The position numbers and the translations under genes are program-made. Shown here one piece after another: positions 13,490 through 25,884 of a stretch of DNA of 64,000 bases (positions within the stretch are counted from its first letter, which is position 1; each line of letters opens with the position of its first letter). Source of the stretch: Eledone cirrhosa (lineage: Eukaryota); NCBI GenBank assembly GCA_964016885.1, contig OZ024757.1:41726001-41790000 (forward strand), in the 5' to 3' direction. The notes beneath the pieces were generated by a model that worked only from the letters and a program-made list of their open reading frames with translations, did no database searches and was not told the origin of the DNA.

Positions 13490-13805
13490 ATAATAATGAT
13501 TTCTTTATTAACCACAAGGGTTTACATAAAGTAGACATTAAGGACAGTGCAGGACAATGCAGGACGGTACAAATGGGCATTTCTGCGTGTAAAAAAAACA
13601 AAAACAGAGGATGTAACAAAAATAACAATGAAAATAACAATGAAAAATTCCCCAATAGGGGGGAGACTTCGGAGGGACATTTGTGGAGAAAGCCCAGTAA
13701 AAAGCCACAATGACCCTGACCACCAAGGCAAGTGCCCTCTCCCAGTTTTCCACTCTTAACAGTAACACAGAAATAAGGCGTGGGGGTGGGCAAGAATGGA
13801 AGGGG
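13490..13805 (-). mobile_element. Probable LINE 3'UTR remnant
   Basis: GC-richer unique block ending on the minus strand in AATAAAGAAATC plus an (ATT)n tail. Family not identified. Confidence 0.35.
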
Positions 13806-14016
13806 GTATATATTTTAATTAGGATATCGTTATTCTAATTTCTTTTTTATTTTTAATTTTAATTTTTATATATTTTTTTGTATATGTTTTTTTTCATTTT
13901 TTATTTCTTTATTATATTTTTTTTTTCATTTTTTATTTCTTTATTATATTTTTTTTTCATTTTTTATTTCTTTATTATATTTTTTAATATATTTTTTTTT
14001 ATTTCATTATTATTAT

Positions 14017-14048
<32 letters not shown>

Positions 14049-14594
14049 GTTTTTTTGGGGTTTTTTTAAATATTATTTTTGGTTTTGAAATGAGAGATTA
14101 ATTCCGGTGAGGAATTATTTAGAGTTGACTGCAATGGCACCAAACAAAAGAAAGTCTTCACCTTATTTCTCTACAATAGTTAGACTATTATAAGTACATT
14201 TTTATTGCTTTCCTAGTCAAATTTCTTCATGTCTCGGATTGTAATATAATTTATACGAGAACTTTTGTCATTTTGTTGACTTGATTGAAACGGATCTGAT
14301 CAGATCTGGCTTAAAATAGATCTGTCTGTCTGTCTGTGTGTCTGTCTGTCTGTGTATAGCATTCGTTTGGGAACCTACACCACAGTATATATATATGGAC
14401 ATACTGACATACATACATATTGACATACTTATACACACAGATATGCATACATATACATATAAACAGATTTGCATGCACACACATAAATATAAACACATAC
14501 ATATTACCTACATCCTTAATTTCCTTAAGCTTCCTCCCCCACCCTCCCAAGTTCCCATCCCACACCTTGTAGTGCCCCCCCCTCCCTATGTGTC

Positions 14595-14783
14595 AAGACA
14601 AAAGCACCCAGTCCACACTCTAATGTGGTTGGTGTTAGGAAGGGCATCCAGCTGTAGAAACCAAGCCAAAATCAGCCCCTGGTGAGCTAAACATGATCCT
14701 CTGACCTGATTCTTTCCCAAAGGGTCAACCTGTCCTACCCATGCTAGCGTGGAAAATGGACCTTAAATGATGATGATGATGAT
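14595..14783 (+). mobile_element. RTE-A 3' end copy
   Basis: aaaagcacccagtccacactc...ttaggaagggcatccagctgtagaaacc...cctacccatgctagcgtggaaaatggaccttaaatgatgatgat. Confidence 0.85.
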
Positions 14784-14889
14784 AAACACACCAGACAAAA
14801 AGTTGCAACACAGGGAAAATAATTACATTTTTAAGTTTCCATGTAGAGCATGTTATATGAATAGATTGTTTCTTATAAAAACAATTATT

Positions 14890-14924
14890 TTTCTTATGTA
14901 TCATGACTTTTGGGCCACCCTGTA
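14890..14924 (-). mobile_element. Tc1/mariner-type terminal inverted repeat (single end)
   Basis: Reverse complement TA-CAGGGTGGCCCAAAAGT; partner end not found. Confidence 0.5.
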
Positions 14925-14947
14925 CATGTAAACACACACACATATAT

Positions 14948-15150
14948 CTACTTGTTGGCACAAGGCCAGCAATTATAATAATAATAATGAAATTATTGTG
15001 TACAGTGCATTACTGGTACTTTATTTTATCGACCCTGTAAGGATGAAAGGCAAAGTTAACCTCGGCGGGATTTGAACTCAGACCATAAAGGGCCGTAAGC
15101 CTATGCCTGCAAGGCATGGTATCCGACCCTCTACCGATACTGCTAATCCA
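14948..15150 (-). mobile_element. SINE family A (interrupted near tail)
   Basis: Family match; ATA-rich insert at ~14975-15000. Confidence 0.85.
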
Positions 15151-15516
15151 ACTTCCATTTTATTAAACAATACTGAAGTGTACGTCTGTCATATTGTCGA
15201 TAGATGATATATATGAATAAAATAGGGGTAGATATATATATATTTTATTTACAGTTGTATAAATAACATTACAAATGCGTAAATAACATTATAAATGTTA
15301 AATATATACATAAATAACATTACAAATACGTAAATATAAAATTATAAATTGCTCGCACTTCGTTCAGAAGACCATCACAAATATAATGCCTATGCCGTGT
15401 ATAAAAATATGATAATATAATTATTTCTTTCATGGATGTTAGTTCTTACTGAGAAGAAACATTTTTAAGGGGTGTTATGAAATATATTTTAACCGAATAT
15501 TATTTTAATTTTATTA

Positions 15517-15702
15517 GGCGGTGGATTGGCAGTATCGGTAGAGGGTCGGACGCCATGCCTTGACGCAAAGAGTTACGGCCCTTGCCAGTCTGAGTTCAAA
15601 TCCCGCCGAGGTTAACTTTGCCTTTCAACCTTACGGGGTCGATAAAATAAAGTACCAGTAATGTACTGGGTAATTGCTGGCCTTGTGCCAAAAGTAGAAA
15701 CA
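15517..15702 (+). mobile_element. SINE family A, full length with 18-bp TSD
   Basis: A-box TGGCAGTATCGG, B-box GAGTTCAAATCC. TSD ATTATTTTAATTTTATTA at 15499-15516 and 15703-15720. Confidence 0.95.
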
Positions 15703-15794
15703 ATTATTTTAATTTTATTATTAATAAAATATAAAATTTCCAAATAATGTCTAATTTTTTTCTGCGGACCACCAAAATGTTCTCCCTGCTAGAT

Positions 15795-15962
15795 GACAGA
15801 GGGTTACGCCCTTTTATGGTCTGAGTTCAAATCCTGCTGAGGTTAACTTTGCCTTTTATTCTTACGGGAGTTGATAAACCGATAAAATAAAGTACCAGTA
15901 ATGCACTGGGATCAAATTAATCCCCCCTAAATTGTTTTCCATGTTCCTAAATCGGAAAGCAA
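15795..15962 (+). mobile_element. SINE family A, diverged
   Basis: gtctgagttcaaatcctgctgaggttaactttgcc...gataaaataaagtaccagtaatgcactggg. Confidence 0.8.
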
Positions 15963-15971
15963 TATTGTTGC

Positions 15972-16093
15972 TTGTGTACTTGATGTGTTGCGTGTTATGG
16001 TAAGTAGCTACAGTTGTGTACTTGATGTGTTGCGTGTTATGGTAAGTAGCTACAGTTGTGTACTTGATGTGTTGCGTGTTATGGTAGCTACAG
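15972..16093. repeat. 42-bp tandem repeat, ~2.8 copies
   Basis: Unit TTGTGTACTTGATGTGTTGCGTGTTATGGTAAGTAGCTACAG. Confidence 0.9.
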
Positions 16094-16404
16094 AGCTTTC
16101 TCTCATTTATTATGTGTTATAAATAGGAAATGTTGTGTGATGTGTAATGAAGGATAGGAGGGGAAACGTAAGAAGATTTGCTGGAAAACAATGCATAACC
16201 CTCAACTTGTTCATTGCTTGTCATGATGTGAGTATTAGGGAAACAAATATTGGATTGCTGTGAATATACCAAAGATATCTCTACATAGTAATCTCGTAAG
16301 AGATGGATGGGGTGGTGTTGTGGTGGATGGATGATGGGAGTGGTTAAACAATTAAGTAGTTCTCTAAATTGTGAGATCACCACACCGATATTACTTACAT
16401 ATGG

Positions 16405-16785
16405 TTAGAATAGGGTTCCTCTGAAGGATCTTTGGAATAACGTTACTCGATAGAGTGTGTAGCTTGGAAATTAGTGAGTCACTCCAGGTAGAGCTGCTAC
16501 TTTTCCGAATTGAGAAATCACAGCTCCGATACTATGGGCATGTGGTTAGAATGTCTCAGGAAAGAATCACTGGACAGATTTAACGAGCTAAAGCAACAGG
16601 TAGGAGACCCAGGGGTAGACCCCGAGCAAGATGGTTGGATAACATCCATGGGCTTAGCTGGTCTTGCTTGGGGAATCCAACTGGATCAGTTGGAGATGGT
16701 TGCTTCTGACAGGACCTGCTGGAAGGAGTGTTTGAGGACTCTGCCCCCACGACCCTCTCAGGAATAAGTGAGAGAAGAAGAAAAA
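16405..16785 (+). mobile_element. RTE LINE family B 3' fragment (Rex3/Expander-like C-terminus), GAA tail
   Basis: Manual translation with stops and one frameshift: GITLLDRVCSLEISESLQVELLLFRIEKSQLRYYGHVVRMSQERITGQI*RAKATGRRPRGRPRARWLDNIHGLSWSCLG/IQLDQLEMVASDRTCWKECLRTLPPRPSQE*. Confidence 0.88.
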
Positions 16786-16796
16786 GATTAAATATA

Positions 16797-16960
16797 ATGG
16801 TTTCTTATTTAGCCACAAAGCCAATAATTTGGGGGAGGAGAAAGTCGATTAAATTGATTTATCGACCTCATAAGGATGAAAAGCATAGCTAACCTCGGTG
16901 GGATTTGAACTCAGAACGTAAATGGCCACAACTCTCTGCCACAAAGCAATACACCACCCT
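16797..16960 (-). mobile_element. SINE family A, internally deleted
   Basis: atcgacctcataaggatgaaaagcatagctaacctcggtgggatttgaactcagaacg. Confidence 0.75.
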
Positions 16961-17552
16961 ATTAATAATAATAATAATAATAGAAGAAGAAGAAGAAAAA
17001 CTAGATAAATTATAAATAATCACAAATTTTAAAATGTAGCCATTTTCTAAAACTGAAAATATTCGTCAGATGACGAGTGAATGAAATTACAGGAGAGTTC
17101 CAGTGGATGACCATGTGATGTATGGAGAGGTCAATTGAGAAAAGTGGTTTTAGAGTTGGAGACTTGATAGTTTATTGTTTGTGACATGGAACAATATAAT
17201 GACATCTTTGATTTGGTTTATAAAAGACAGGGGAAGACATTGTGATGTGGTGTTGTGATGTCACAATTTCTAATAATTTTCTACAGCATTTATATGATAA
17301 AGATGGCAACTTCAGCGTTGGAGAGGGGAACTTATGTATATATATATATATATGAGTGTGTGTGTGCATATATATATATATGTGTGAGTGAGAATGTGTG
17401 TATATATTTATATGTGTGTGAGTGTGTGTATATATATATATAGTGTGTGTGTGTACCCAACCCTTGGTAGCAGGAAAAGCGAATGTGAAAATGACACTGA
17501 TTATATATACATATATATATAAATACATACATATACACACACACACGCACAA

Positions 17553-17728
17553 ACCACCACCACCACTCTCACCACCACCACCACCACTCTCACCACCACC
17601 ACTCACACCACCACCACCACCACTTCCACCACCACCACCACCACTCTCACCACCACCACCACCACTTTCACCACCACCACCACCACTTTCACCACCACCA
17701 CTACCACCACCACTCTGACCACCACCCT
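17553..17728. repeat. (CAC)n-based 21-24-bp repeat
   Basis: ccaccaccaccactctca units. Confidence 0.9.
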
Positions 17729-18124
17729 ATTTTATACATACTTTCATTAATTTTCCTTTCTGTAAAATTCAAAATTTCCATTATTACATCATTATTTAAA
17801 AAAAATTTTTTTTTTAATTTTTAAAAATTAATTGCTTTACCTGGGGCAACGAAAGGTTTTAACATATCCTTTTTTATAAACTTGGCTTTACATTTGAAGT
17901 TCCTTCTTGTAGGGAAATGCAAATTTTCATTATAATACTTTTTAATTTGTGAATAGAAATTAAAAAATAAGATTCATTTCCGTAAAAACAAAAATTTAAT
18001 TAAAATTATATTCGATATTTTTAATATATATAGTTGAGAGATGGCGTACTGAGAAGGACCTGTCCAGCCCATGCAAGCAGGGAAAAGCGGACGTAAAAAC
18101 GATGATGATGATATCTAAAAATAA

Positions 18125-18553
18125 TGGTTTCTGATTTAGGCACAAGGCCAGCTATTTTTTAGGGGAGGGCGAAGTCAATTATATCGACCCCAATGCATTA
18201 CTGGTACTTTATTTTATCGACCCCCGTAAGGATGAAATGCAAAGTTAACCTTGGCAGGATTTGAACTCAGACCGAAAAAGGCCGTAACTCTTTGTAGCAA
18301 AGCATGGCATCCGACGCTCTACCAATCCTGCCAATCCACTGGCATATATATATATACAAAAATAATGATTTCTACTTTAGGCACAAGGCCAGCAATTTGG
18401 GGAGGGGGGGAGGTCGATTAAATCAAGACCAGTGCGTGACTGGTACTTTATTTTATCAACCCTGAATGGATGAAAGGCAGGATTTGAACTCAGGCTGAAA
18501 AGGGCCATAACTCTATGCTGCGGTGCTTTACTGATTCTGCCAATCCACCACCC
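18125..18553 (-). mobile_element. Two adjacent SINE family A copies (18125-18342, 18367-18553)
   Basis: Each has ttaggcacaaggccagc...ctggtactttattttatc...ggatttgaactcag...gccaatccac. Confidence 0.88.
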
Positions 18554-18744
18554 TAATATATAAAAATAATAAAAGTAATTCTTCTATTCTGTAAAACAAA
18601 GTTTAATAATGTAAACCTCTTTTTTTTTTTTTTATATTTTAAATAGAAAAAAAAAAATTTCAGTTTCTGGGAAATGCAAATTTTTGTTATAACATTAAAA
18701 AAAATTTAATTAGAAAATTTAAAACATAATCGCAAGTGAAATTA

Positions 18745-19170
18745 TTGGTGGTGGTAGTAGTGGTGGTGGCAGTAGAAGTAGTAGTAGTAGTAGTGATGAT
18801 GGTAGTAGTAGTGGTGGTGGCAGTAGAAGTAGTAGTAGTAGTAGTGATGATGGTAGTAGTAGTGGTGGTGGCAGTAGTAGTAGTAGTAGTAGTGATGGTG
18901 GCAGTAGTAGTAGTAGTAGTGATGATGGTGGTAGTAGTGATGGTGGCAGTAGTAGTAGTAGTAGTAGTGATGGTGGTAGTAGTAGTAGTAGTAGTGATGG
19001 TGGTGGTAGTGGTGATGGTGGCAGTAGTAGTAGTGATGATGGTGGTGGTAGTGGTGATGGTGGCAGTAGTGGTGGTGACTTTGTGGTGCTGGCGGTGCTG
19101 GCAGTGATGTCAATGATGGTGGCAGTGGTGGTGGTGGTGGTGACTGTTGTTGTTGGTGGTGGTGGTGGAG
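18745..19170. repeat. (GTA/GTG/ATG)n trinucleotide array
   Basis: Read directly from the sequence. Confidence 0.9.
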
Positions 19171-19694
19171 TTAGGGAGTAAAAATTAATAATTTGAAAAG
19201 AGGTGATAATGAAAGTTTTGAATTTGGCAAATCACAAAATATCTTTTTTATTATTATTAAACCACCACCCCTTTTTTTTTCAGTTTCAAAATTTATTTCC
19301 CAACAATAATTTAATCTGTCATGACTTGTTTTTTTACAATTAAATTTAACAATTCTTTTACATTTAGCTATATAATAAGAACCATTAAAAAAACAGTTTT
19401 GACTTTAGCAGTGAGAAAAATAGCATTAATGCCCCCCCCCCCCCCTCCTCCTTTTTTTCTTCTTATTATTATTATTTTACTTTTTTTCTTCTTTTTCTTT
19501 TTTATATTTCTTCTTTTTCTTCTTTTTTCATATTTCTTCTTTTTCTTCTTTTTTCATATTTCTTTTTCTTCTTTTTTCATATTTCTTCTTTTTCTTCTTT
19601 TTCTTCTTTTTCTTCTTTTTCTTCTTCCTATTATTATTATTATTATTATTATTATCATCCTTCTTTTTCTTCTTTTTTCCCTTCTCATTATTCT

Positions 19695-20035
19695 TCTCCG
19701 TCTTCTCCTTATTCCTGAGAAGGTTGTGGTGGCAGAGTCCTCAAACACTCCTTCCAGCAGGTCCTATCAGAAGCAACCATCTCTAACTGATCTGGCTGGA
19801 TACCCAAGCATGACCAGCCAATCTCATGCATGTTATCCAACCATCTTGCTCGAGGTCTGCCCCTGGGTTTCCTACCAGTTGGTTTTGCCCATAACATTTG
19901 TCCAGCAATTCCTTCCTCAGACATTCTAACCACATGACCATAATATCTGAGCTGTGATCTCTCAATTCAGAGAAGTAGCGGCTCTACCTGGAGTGACTCT
20001 CTAGTGATTCTTTCCTGAGACATTCTAACCACATA
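19695..20035 (-). mobile_element. RTE family B 3' fragment
   Basis: ORF 19709..19933 reads ...KPTGRKPRGRPRARWLDN...LEMVASDRTCWKECLRTLPPQPSQE; it runs into a long (AAG)n-like tract. Confidence 0.88.
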
Positions 20036-20079
20036 AAACTGATTCATTTGTATGGAATCACGAGAATGTCCTGATGCAC

Positions 20080-20200
20080 ATTCTTGATGATTTCTTAAGA
20101 ATGAAACAGTTCTAGCCCTGTAGAAGAGTCATTTCTCTATAAAATAAAGATGCCTATACTCAACCAACGTATTCAGTACATTTCTTCACTGTGTTTACCC
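20080..20200 (+). mobile_element. Penelope-like terminal fragment with degenerate hammerhead core (same family as 43800-43950 and 50085-50160)
   Basis: TTGATGA-TTTC-TTAA-GAAT-GAAA-CAGTTCTA-GCCCTGTAGAA...TATACTC...GTATTCAGTACATTTCTT. Confidence 0.5.
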
Positions 20201-20242
20201 CCTGACACCACTTGGGAACCACCATATTATATATACATATAT

Positions 20243-20428
20243 ATCATCATCATCATCATTTCCATTTAGCGTCAATTCTTCCATGCTTGCATGGGTTAGA
20301 TGGGTTGTCCATGCCGAGAGGCAAGTCTGGCCTTAGTTGGCCATGTTACACCTTGCTCCAGCTAGAACTGTAAATTTGGCCAGGTATTTTACAGCTGGAT
20401 GTCCTTCCTAACACCAACCACATTTACA
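20243..20428 (-). mobile_element. RTE-A 3' end copy
   Basis: (ATC)n..cttccatgcttgcatgggttagatggg...acagctggatgtccttcctaacaccaaccacatttaca. Confidence 0.8.
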
Positions 20429-21102
20429 CAAAAACATAGACACACACAAGCATATATATATATATATATATACCAACACACATATATATTGCCAGGCAGT
20501 GATAGCTGCTGGTGTTTCTGCATAACTATGACTTTCTAAATGCTTATTTATAAACATACCGTGTTTCTTTAGAAATACGAACTTCCAATACATATCTGTA
20601 TACAGCTATGCTCAAAGCTAAATTCTAATATATATAAATATATATATATTATATACCCACTTAAGCATGTATGTGTTCAATTATGTCTATGTATATATAC
20701 AAACATGGTGAATGAAATATTTGTGTATAGAAATTGGTAAGTCTTTTGTTTGTGCTGATAATATCTTTGGTAAAGATGAGATGTGTAATTAAACAGAGGG
20801 AGATAGAGAAAAAGAAACCAAAAAAATATATACAGGGGAATATACAATAATTAATTTTTAACAAAAATATCTCAATAAAATGATAATAATAATAATAATA
20901 ATTTCTAAAAAAAAAAAAAAAATTAAAATATAAAAATGAATTGATTTTCAATTTTGAAGTTAAAATTTGATTCAGTCCCAAATTTTCAAATTATATTCAA
21001 TTAAAAATAATTATACTTATAAGATTTTATGACTGCATATCATGAAAATGGAACGGAATATCATGTAGTGATGTATGATGTATGTCCATTAGGATAACAT
21101 AG

Positions 21103-21135
<33 letters not shown>

Positions 21136-21302
21136 ATGTTTGTATGTATATATATATAATTGTTTCTACTTTTGGCACAAGGCCAACAATTAACCAGTGC
21201 ATTACTGGTACTTTATTTTATCGACCCCGTAAGGATGAAAGTCAAAATAATGTTATAATGTTTGTATGTATATATATAATGTTTATATAAATATATAATG
21301 TT

Positions 21303-21342
<40 letters not shown>

Positions 21343-21448
21343 TTTGTATATATATATGCTTGTTTGTGTGTGTGGTATATATATAGGTATGTGTGTGTGT
21401 GTATTCGTGTATATGTATGTTTGTATATTTGTATGTTTATATATATAT

Positions 21449-21577
21449 ATGAAATCTAGTATTTAATAGTTACAGAGAAAGAGTGAGGAATAATTATTTC
21501 GCCAATATGACTTAAAATGAAGCAATTAACTGCTGAAGGGAATGTGAGACATTTGCTTATTGAAGCCACTGGAGACT

Positions 21578-21647
<70 letters not shown>

Positions 21648-21689
21648 TTCCTCACTCTTTCTCTGTAACTATTAAATACTAGATTTCAT
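21449..21689. repeat. Fold-back element: perfect 49-bp inverted repeat around unique spacer plus (TA)n
   Basis: 21449-21497 is the exact reverse complement of 21641-21689. Confidence 0.9.
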
Positions 21690-22057
21690 TTAATGCCAGT
21701 TAGAAATGTCTTGTTGCTTCATGTTAATGTTGCAGGTAGATAGAGAAAAGCAGTTAATTATACACACAGGCATATATATATATGTGTGTGTATATATATA
21801 TAACCAGTTAGTTATCAACACACATACACACACAAACATATATATATATCCTTTCTCTCTATATATATATGTATATAAATATATATAAATATATATTTTA
21901 TATATATATATATATATCACCACTTATTTACACACACATTTATATATATAAATAAATATATATATATAATATCCACTTATTTACACATATATATATTACA
22001 CATATATATATTCTGTATTACTTTCATTTTTCTCCATATAATATATATGTGTGTGTG

Positions 22058-22144
<87 letters not shown>

Positions 22145-22364
22145 GATAACAAAATATTGCTATAGGTAATCAATATATAGGTAATATATATATTTTTTTT
22201 TTTCTTATTTTTATTCAATTTTGTTGTAAAATAATTTTTGCTATAATCAATTACACTTATTTTCTAATTGCTGTCATTCAACAAATATTCATTTCATTCT
22301 TTATCTGATGCTGTCAAAATTGATGCCCATATATCAGTTCAGCCTGTGAATTGGTGTGTTGGTG

Positions 22365-22815
22365 TCATGACATAAAGCACCCAGTCCACTCTTTAATGTG
22401 GTTGTGATGGTGACACGACGAAAAGCACCCTGTCCACACTATAAGGTAGTCTTGTAGGTGCCACAATAAAATGTACCCAGTTCACTCTGTAATTTGGTCA
22501 TGATGGTGACCTTGGCCTGTCTCGCTTAGGTGATCCAGCCAGTTCAGTTGAAGACGGTTGCTTCTGACAAGACCTGCTGAGGGTTTCAGGACTCTGCCCC
22601 CATCACCCTCTTAAGAATAAGTGGGTGAAGAAGAAAAATGTTAGATATAAATTATATGAGCTTGGCTTCTCTCGATCAGGGATCAGTGGGTAGATCAAGT
22701 GGAGAGACTTCCTTCTGACAGGACCTGCTGGAAGGAGGGTTTGAGGACTCTGCCTGCCCCCCCCCCCCCTACAGCCCTCACAGGAATACGTGGGTGAAGA
22801 AGAAGAAGCTGAAGA
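22365..22815 (+). mobile_element. RTE-A 3'UTR units followed by two RTE-B 3' ends
   Basis: Three AAAGCACCCAGTCCAC-type units, then two copies of cttctgacaggacctgctg...aggactctgcc...cctc.caggaata.gtgggtgaagaagaa. Confidence 0.8.
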
Positions 22816-23153
22816 AGAAGGTGGAGAAGCAGAAGGAGAAGGTGTAAAGAAAAGAAGAAGGAAAAAGAGAGTAGACTGTTCAAACAACTGGAACATTCCT
22901 TATTGGAATCAACAAAGATCTAACACACCTACATATAAACACACACCTGTACCCACACACACACCTGTACACACACCTATATATGGAGACAGACTAGAAA
23001 TATCAAAATACAGTTTGGTATTGTTCTGTGTTGTTTCTTTATTCTTTAAAACCACCTTAATTCTGGAAATGTCAAATATTTCTTGGAACGACGCATTTTT
23101 TGATATGTTCCGGTATAGACATTGTTCGATATTTTTGGATCGCTGGAAGCAAC

Positions 23154-23282
<129 letters not shown>

Positions 23283-23393
23283 ACATAGAGTATTCCACCT
23301 GGTTCTATGTATAAACACGCACATACATATATATATATATATGTATATATATATATTCATATGTATGTGTATATATATATGTATATGTATGTG

Positions 23394-23424
<31 letters not shown>

Positions 23425-23460
23425 GTATATGTGTGTATATATATGTATATGTATATATAT

Positions 23461-23498
<38 letters not shown>

Positions 23499-24020
23499 TT
23501 ATATATATGTATATGTATGTATGTATGTATATATAAATATACACACACACATACACACACACATACACACACACATACATACATACATGTACACACACGC
23601 ATATATTTTTAATACTATTCATAACTTTCTCTGCTGTTATTTCAGAACTATAACTTTTGTATGGCTTTGATCAAGTCTTATCACACACACCCTCCACCAT
23701 TCCAGTATGGATATAAATATAAAAATATATAGACATGACTTACCTATGACGAATATACAGAGCTTGTTACACACCTTACAGTCTGTTTTTTTTATTTCTT
23801 GGCTGTTTTGTCAACTATAAAAAACGTCTTTGCTACAATTTATGATAGAGACTTCATGTCTACCATCCACAATATTCCAGCTATAGAACTCTGCCAAAAG
23901 CAACTTTTCTCAGGGGTTTTTTTTATCATATTCTTTCTCTATTTTAATTTATTTCGTGTTATTTCTTCAATTCCTTTCATTATTTCGGTTGTTAGGCTGT
24001 GGCCATGCTGTGGCAACATT

Positions 24021-24896
24021 TTAACCCTTTTGTATCTAAGCCAGCCATATCCAGCCAGAATTCTCTCACCTCTTTCTGTTCAAACTGGCTGTATCTGTCC
24101 AGAATTCTCTCACCTCTTTCTGTTCAAACTGGCTGTATCTGTCCAGAATTCTCTCACCTCTTTCTGTTCAAACTGGCTGTATCTGTCCAGAATTCTCTCA
24201 CCTCTTTCTGTTCAAACTGGCTGTATCTGTCCAGAATTCTCTCACCTCTTTCTGTTCAAACTGGCTGTATCTGTCCAGAATTCTCTCACCTCTTTCTGTT
24301 CAAACTGGCTGTATCTGTCCAGAATTCTCTCACCTCTTTCTGTTCAAACTGGCTGTATCTGTCCAGAATTCTCTCACCTCTTTCTGTTCAAACTGGCTGT
24401 ATCTGTCCAGAATTCTCTCACCTCTTTCTGTTCAAACTGGCTGTATCTGTCCAGAATTCTCTCACCTCTTTCTGTTCAAACTGGCTGTATCTGTCCAGAA
24501 TTCTCTCACCTCTTTCTGTTCAAACTGGCTGTATCTGTCCAGAATTCTCTCACCTCTTTCTGTTCAAACTGGCTGTATCTGTCCAGAATTCTCTCACCTC
24601 TTTCTGTTCAAACTGGCTGTATCTGTCCAGAATTCTCTCACCTCTTTCTGTTCAAACTGGCTGTATCTGTCCAGAATTCTCTCACCTCTTTCTGTTCAAA
24701 CTGGCTGTAACTAGCCAGAACATTCTCACCTCTTTCTGTTCAAACCAGCCGTAACTGGCCACTCATATTTATGTTAAGGTATTGTTCTCAAAATAAATAA
24801 CATTAAAATCCCATAGATTCGATATTATGTGAGGTAAAGCCTTTACCATGAAAATACAATAGTAAATATAGAGTAGTGTGAATGCTAAAGGGTTAA
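24021..24896. mobile_element. TTAA-flanked piggyBac-like MITE
   Basis: TTAA|CCCTTTTGTAT at 24021 and ATGCTAAAGGG|TTAA ending 24896 (imperfect TIRs beginning CCC). A related right end lies at ~57468-57515. Confidence 0.7.
24055..24750. repeat. 44-bp minisatellite, ~16 copies (about 15 identical)
   Basis: Unit CCAGAATTCTCTCACCTCTTTCTGTTCAAACTGGCTGTATCTGT. Confidence 0.97.
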
Positions 24897-24929
24897 AGAG
24901 ATTTTTGTTCGTCTTGTTCTTCTTCTTTG

Positions 24930-25035
24930 ACTTCTTCTTTGGACACTTGTTTCTGAGAGGTCATGGGAGGTCAGAGTCCTCAAACACTCCTTGCAAAAAA
25001 GGGTCCTGTCAAGAAGTAACCATCTCCAATTGATC
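24930..25035 (-). mobile_element. RTE family B short 3' end
   Basis: ctgagagggtcatggg..cagagtcctcaaacactcctt..gggtcctgtcaagaagtaaccatctccaattgatcca. Confidence 0.75.
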
Positions 25036-25229
25036 CACATTGCTCCATTGCACTCAACTTAAAATTAGTACCAGTAGTAGAGAGTGGATAGGATGCTAGT
25101 CCTCTCTGGCAATTAATGCCAATGTAACCAAGATAAAAGGATCGATCGACTTTCGTCAAATCGGACCGAGGGAACAATATTTTCGTCGGTCTTTCCAGTT
25201 GCTAATACTATCTATCGGTCGCAACTCCA

Positions 25230-25356
25230 GGTAGAAGGAGCAACGTGAAATAAAGCATCTTGCTCAAGGACATAATGCATCGCCTGGTCCAGGAATCGAA
25301 CTCACAAACTCAAGATTGTGAATCCAATTCTCTAACCACTCAGCCACATGCCTTCA
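25230..25356 (-). mobile_element. SINE family C head/CORE-like part
   Basis: gagcaacgtgaaataaagcatcttgctcaaggacataatgcatc..ggaatcgaactcacaa..tctaaccactcagccacatgccttca. Confidence 0.8.
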
Positions 25357-25708
25357 CAACCAAGATAAACACGAACGTAATAAGCCTCCTTTTCAGACAG
25401 ACTTTAGATATAGAACTAAGCCGTGTAAAATTTAAAGAATAATATGTAATGAGAATATCTCTCGTCATTGCACATGTCTTCTTATAAACGAGAGAAAAAA
25501 AGGTGGAATATTGAATAAGAGTTTGTCTACTTTAGACTAATTCCACCATTTGTCTTCCACTTCAAACCATTAGCAGGAATGTCAAGTAGGCATCGATTGG
25601 TCTTCGGGGTATCACACATACACACCACTTTATACATTATGGATATTTATATACACATGTATATATATATATATATATATTTATATGTATATATATATAT
25701 ATATATAT

Positions 25709-25760
<52 letters not shown>

Positions 25761-25809
25761 TTATATATATATCATTGTTTTTGCATACATTTTTCAATGC
25801 TTGCATGAG

Positions 25810-25884
<75 letters not shown>

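Noticed and set aside
15517-15610. tRNA gene
   Set aside because: A and B boxes are present but continue into a SINE body with TSDs; no complete cloverleaf.
17040-17075. CTGACGA...GAAA on the minus strand as a hammerhead
   Set aside because: No stem II or stem III pairing. The same applies to CTGAAGA at ~35534 and ~41606.
24055-24750. CRISPR-like regular array and long ORFs (303 and 251 aa)
   Set aside because: The units are contiguous and identical with no unique spacers, there are no cas genes, and the context is eukaryotic. The ORFs are the stop-free 44-bp unit cycling through frames.
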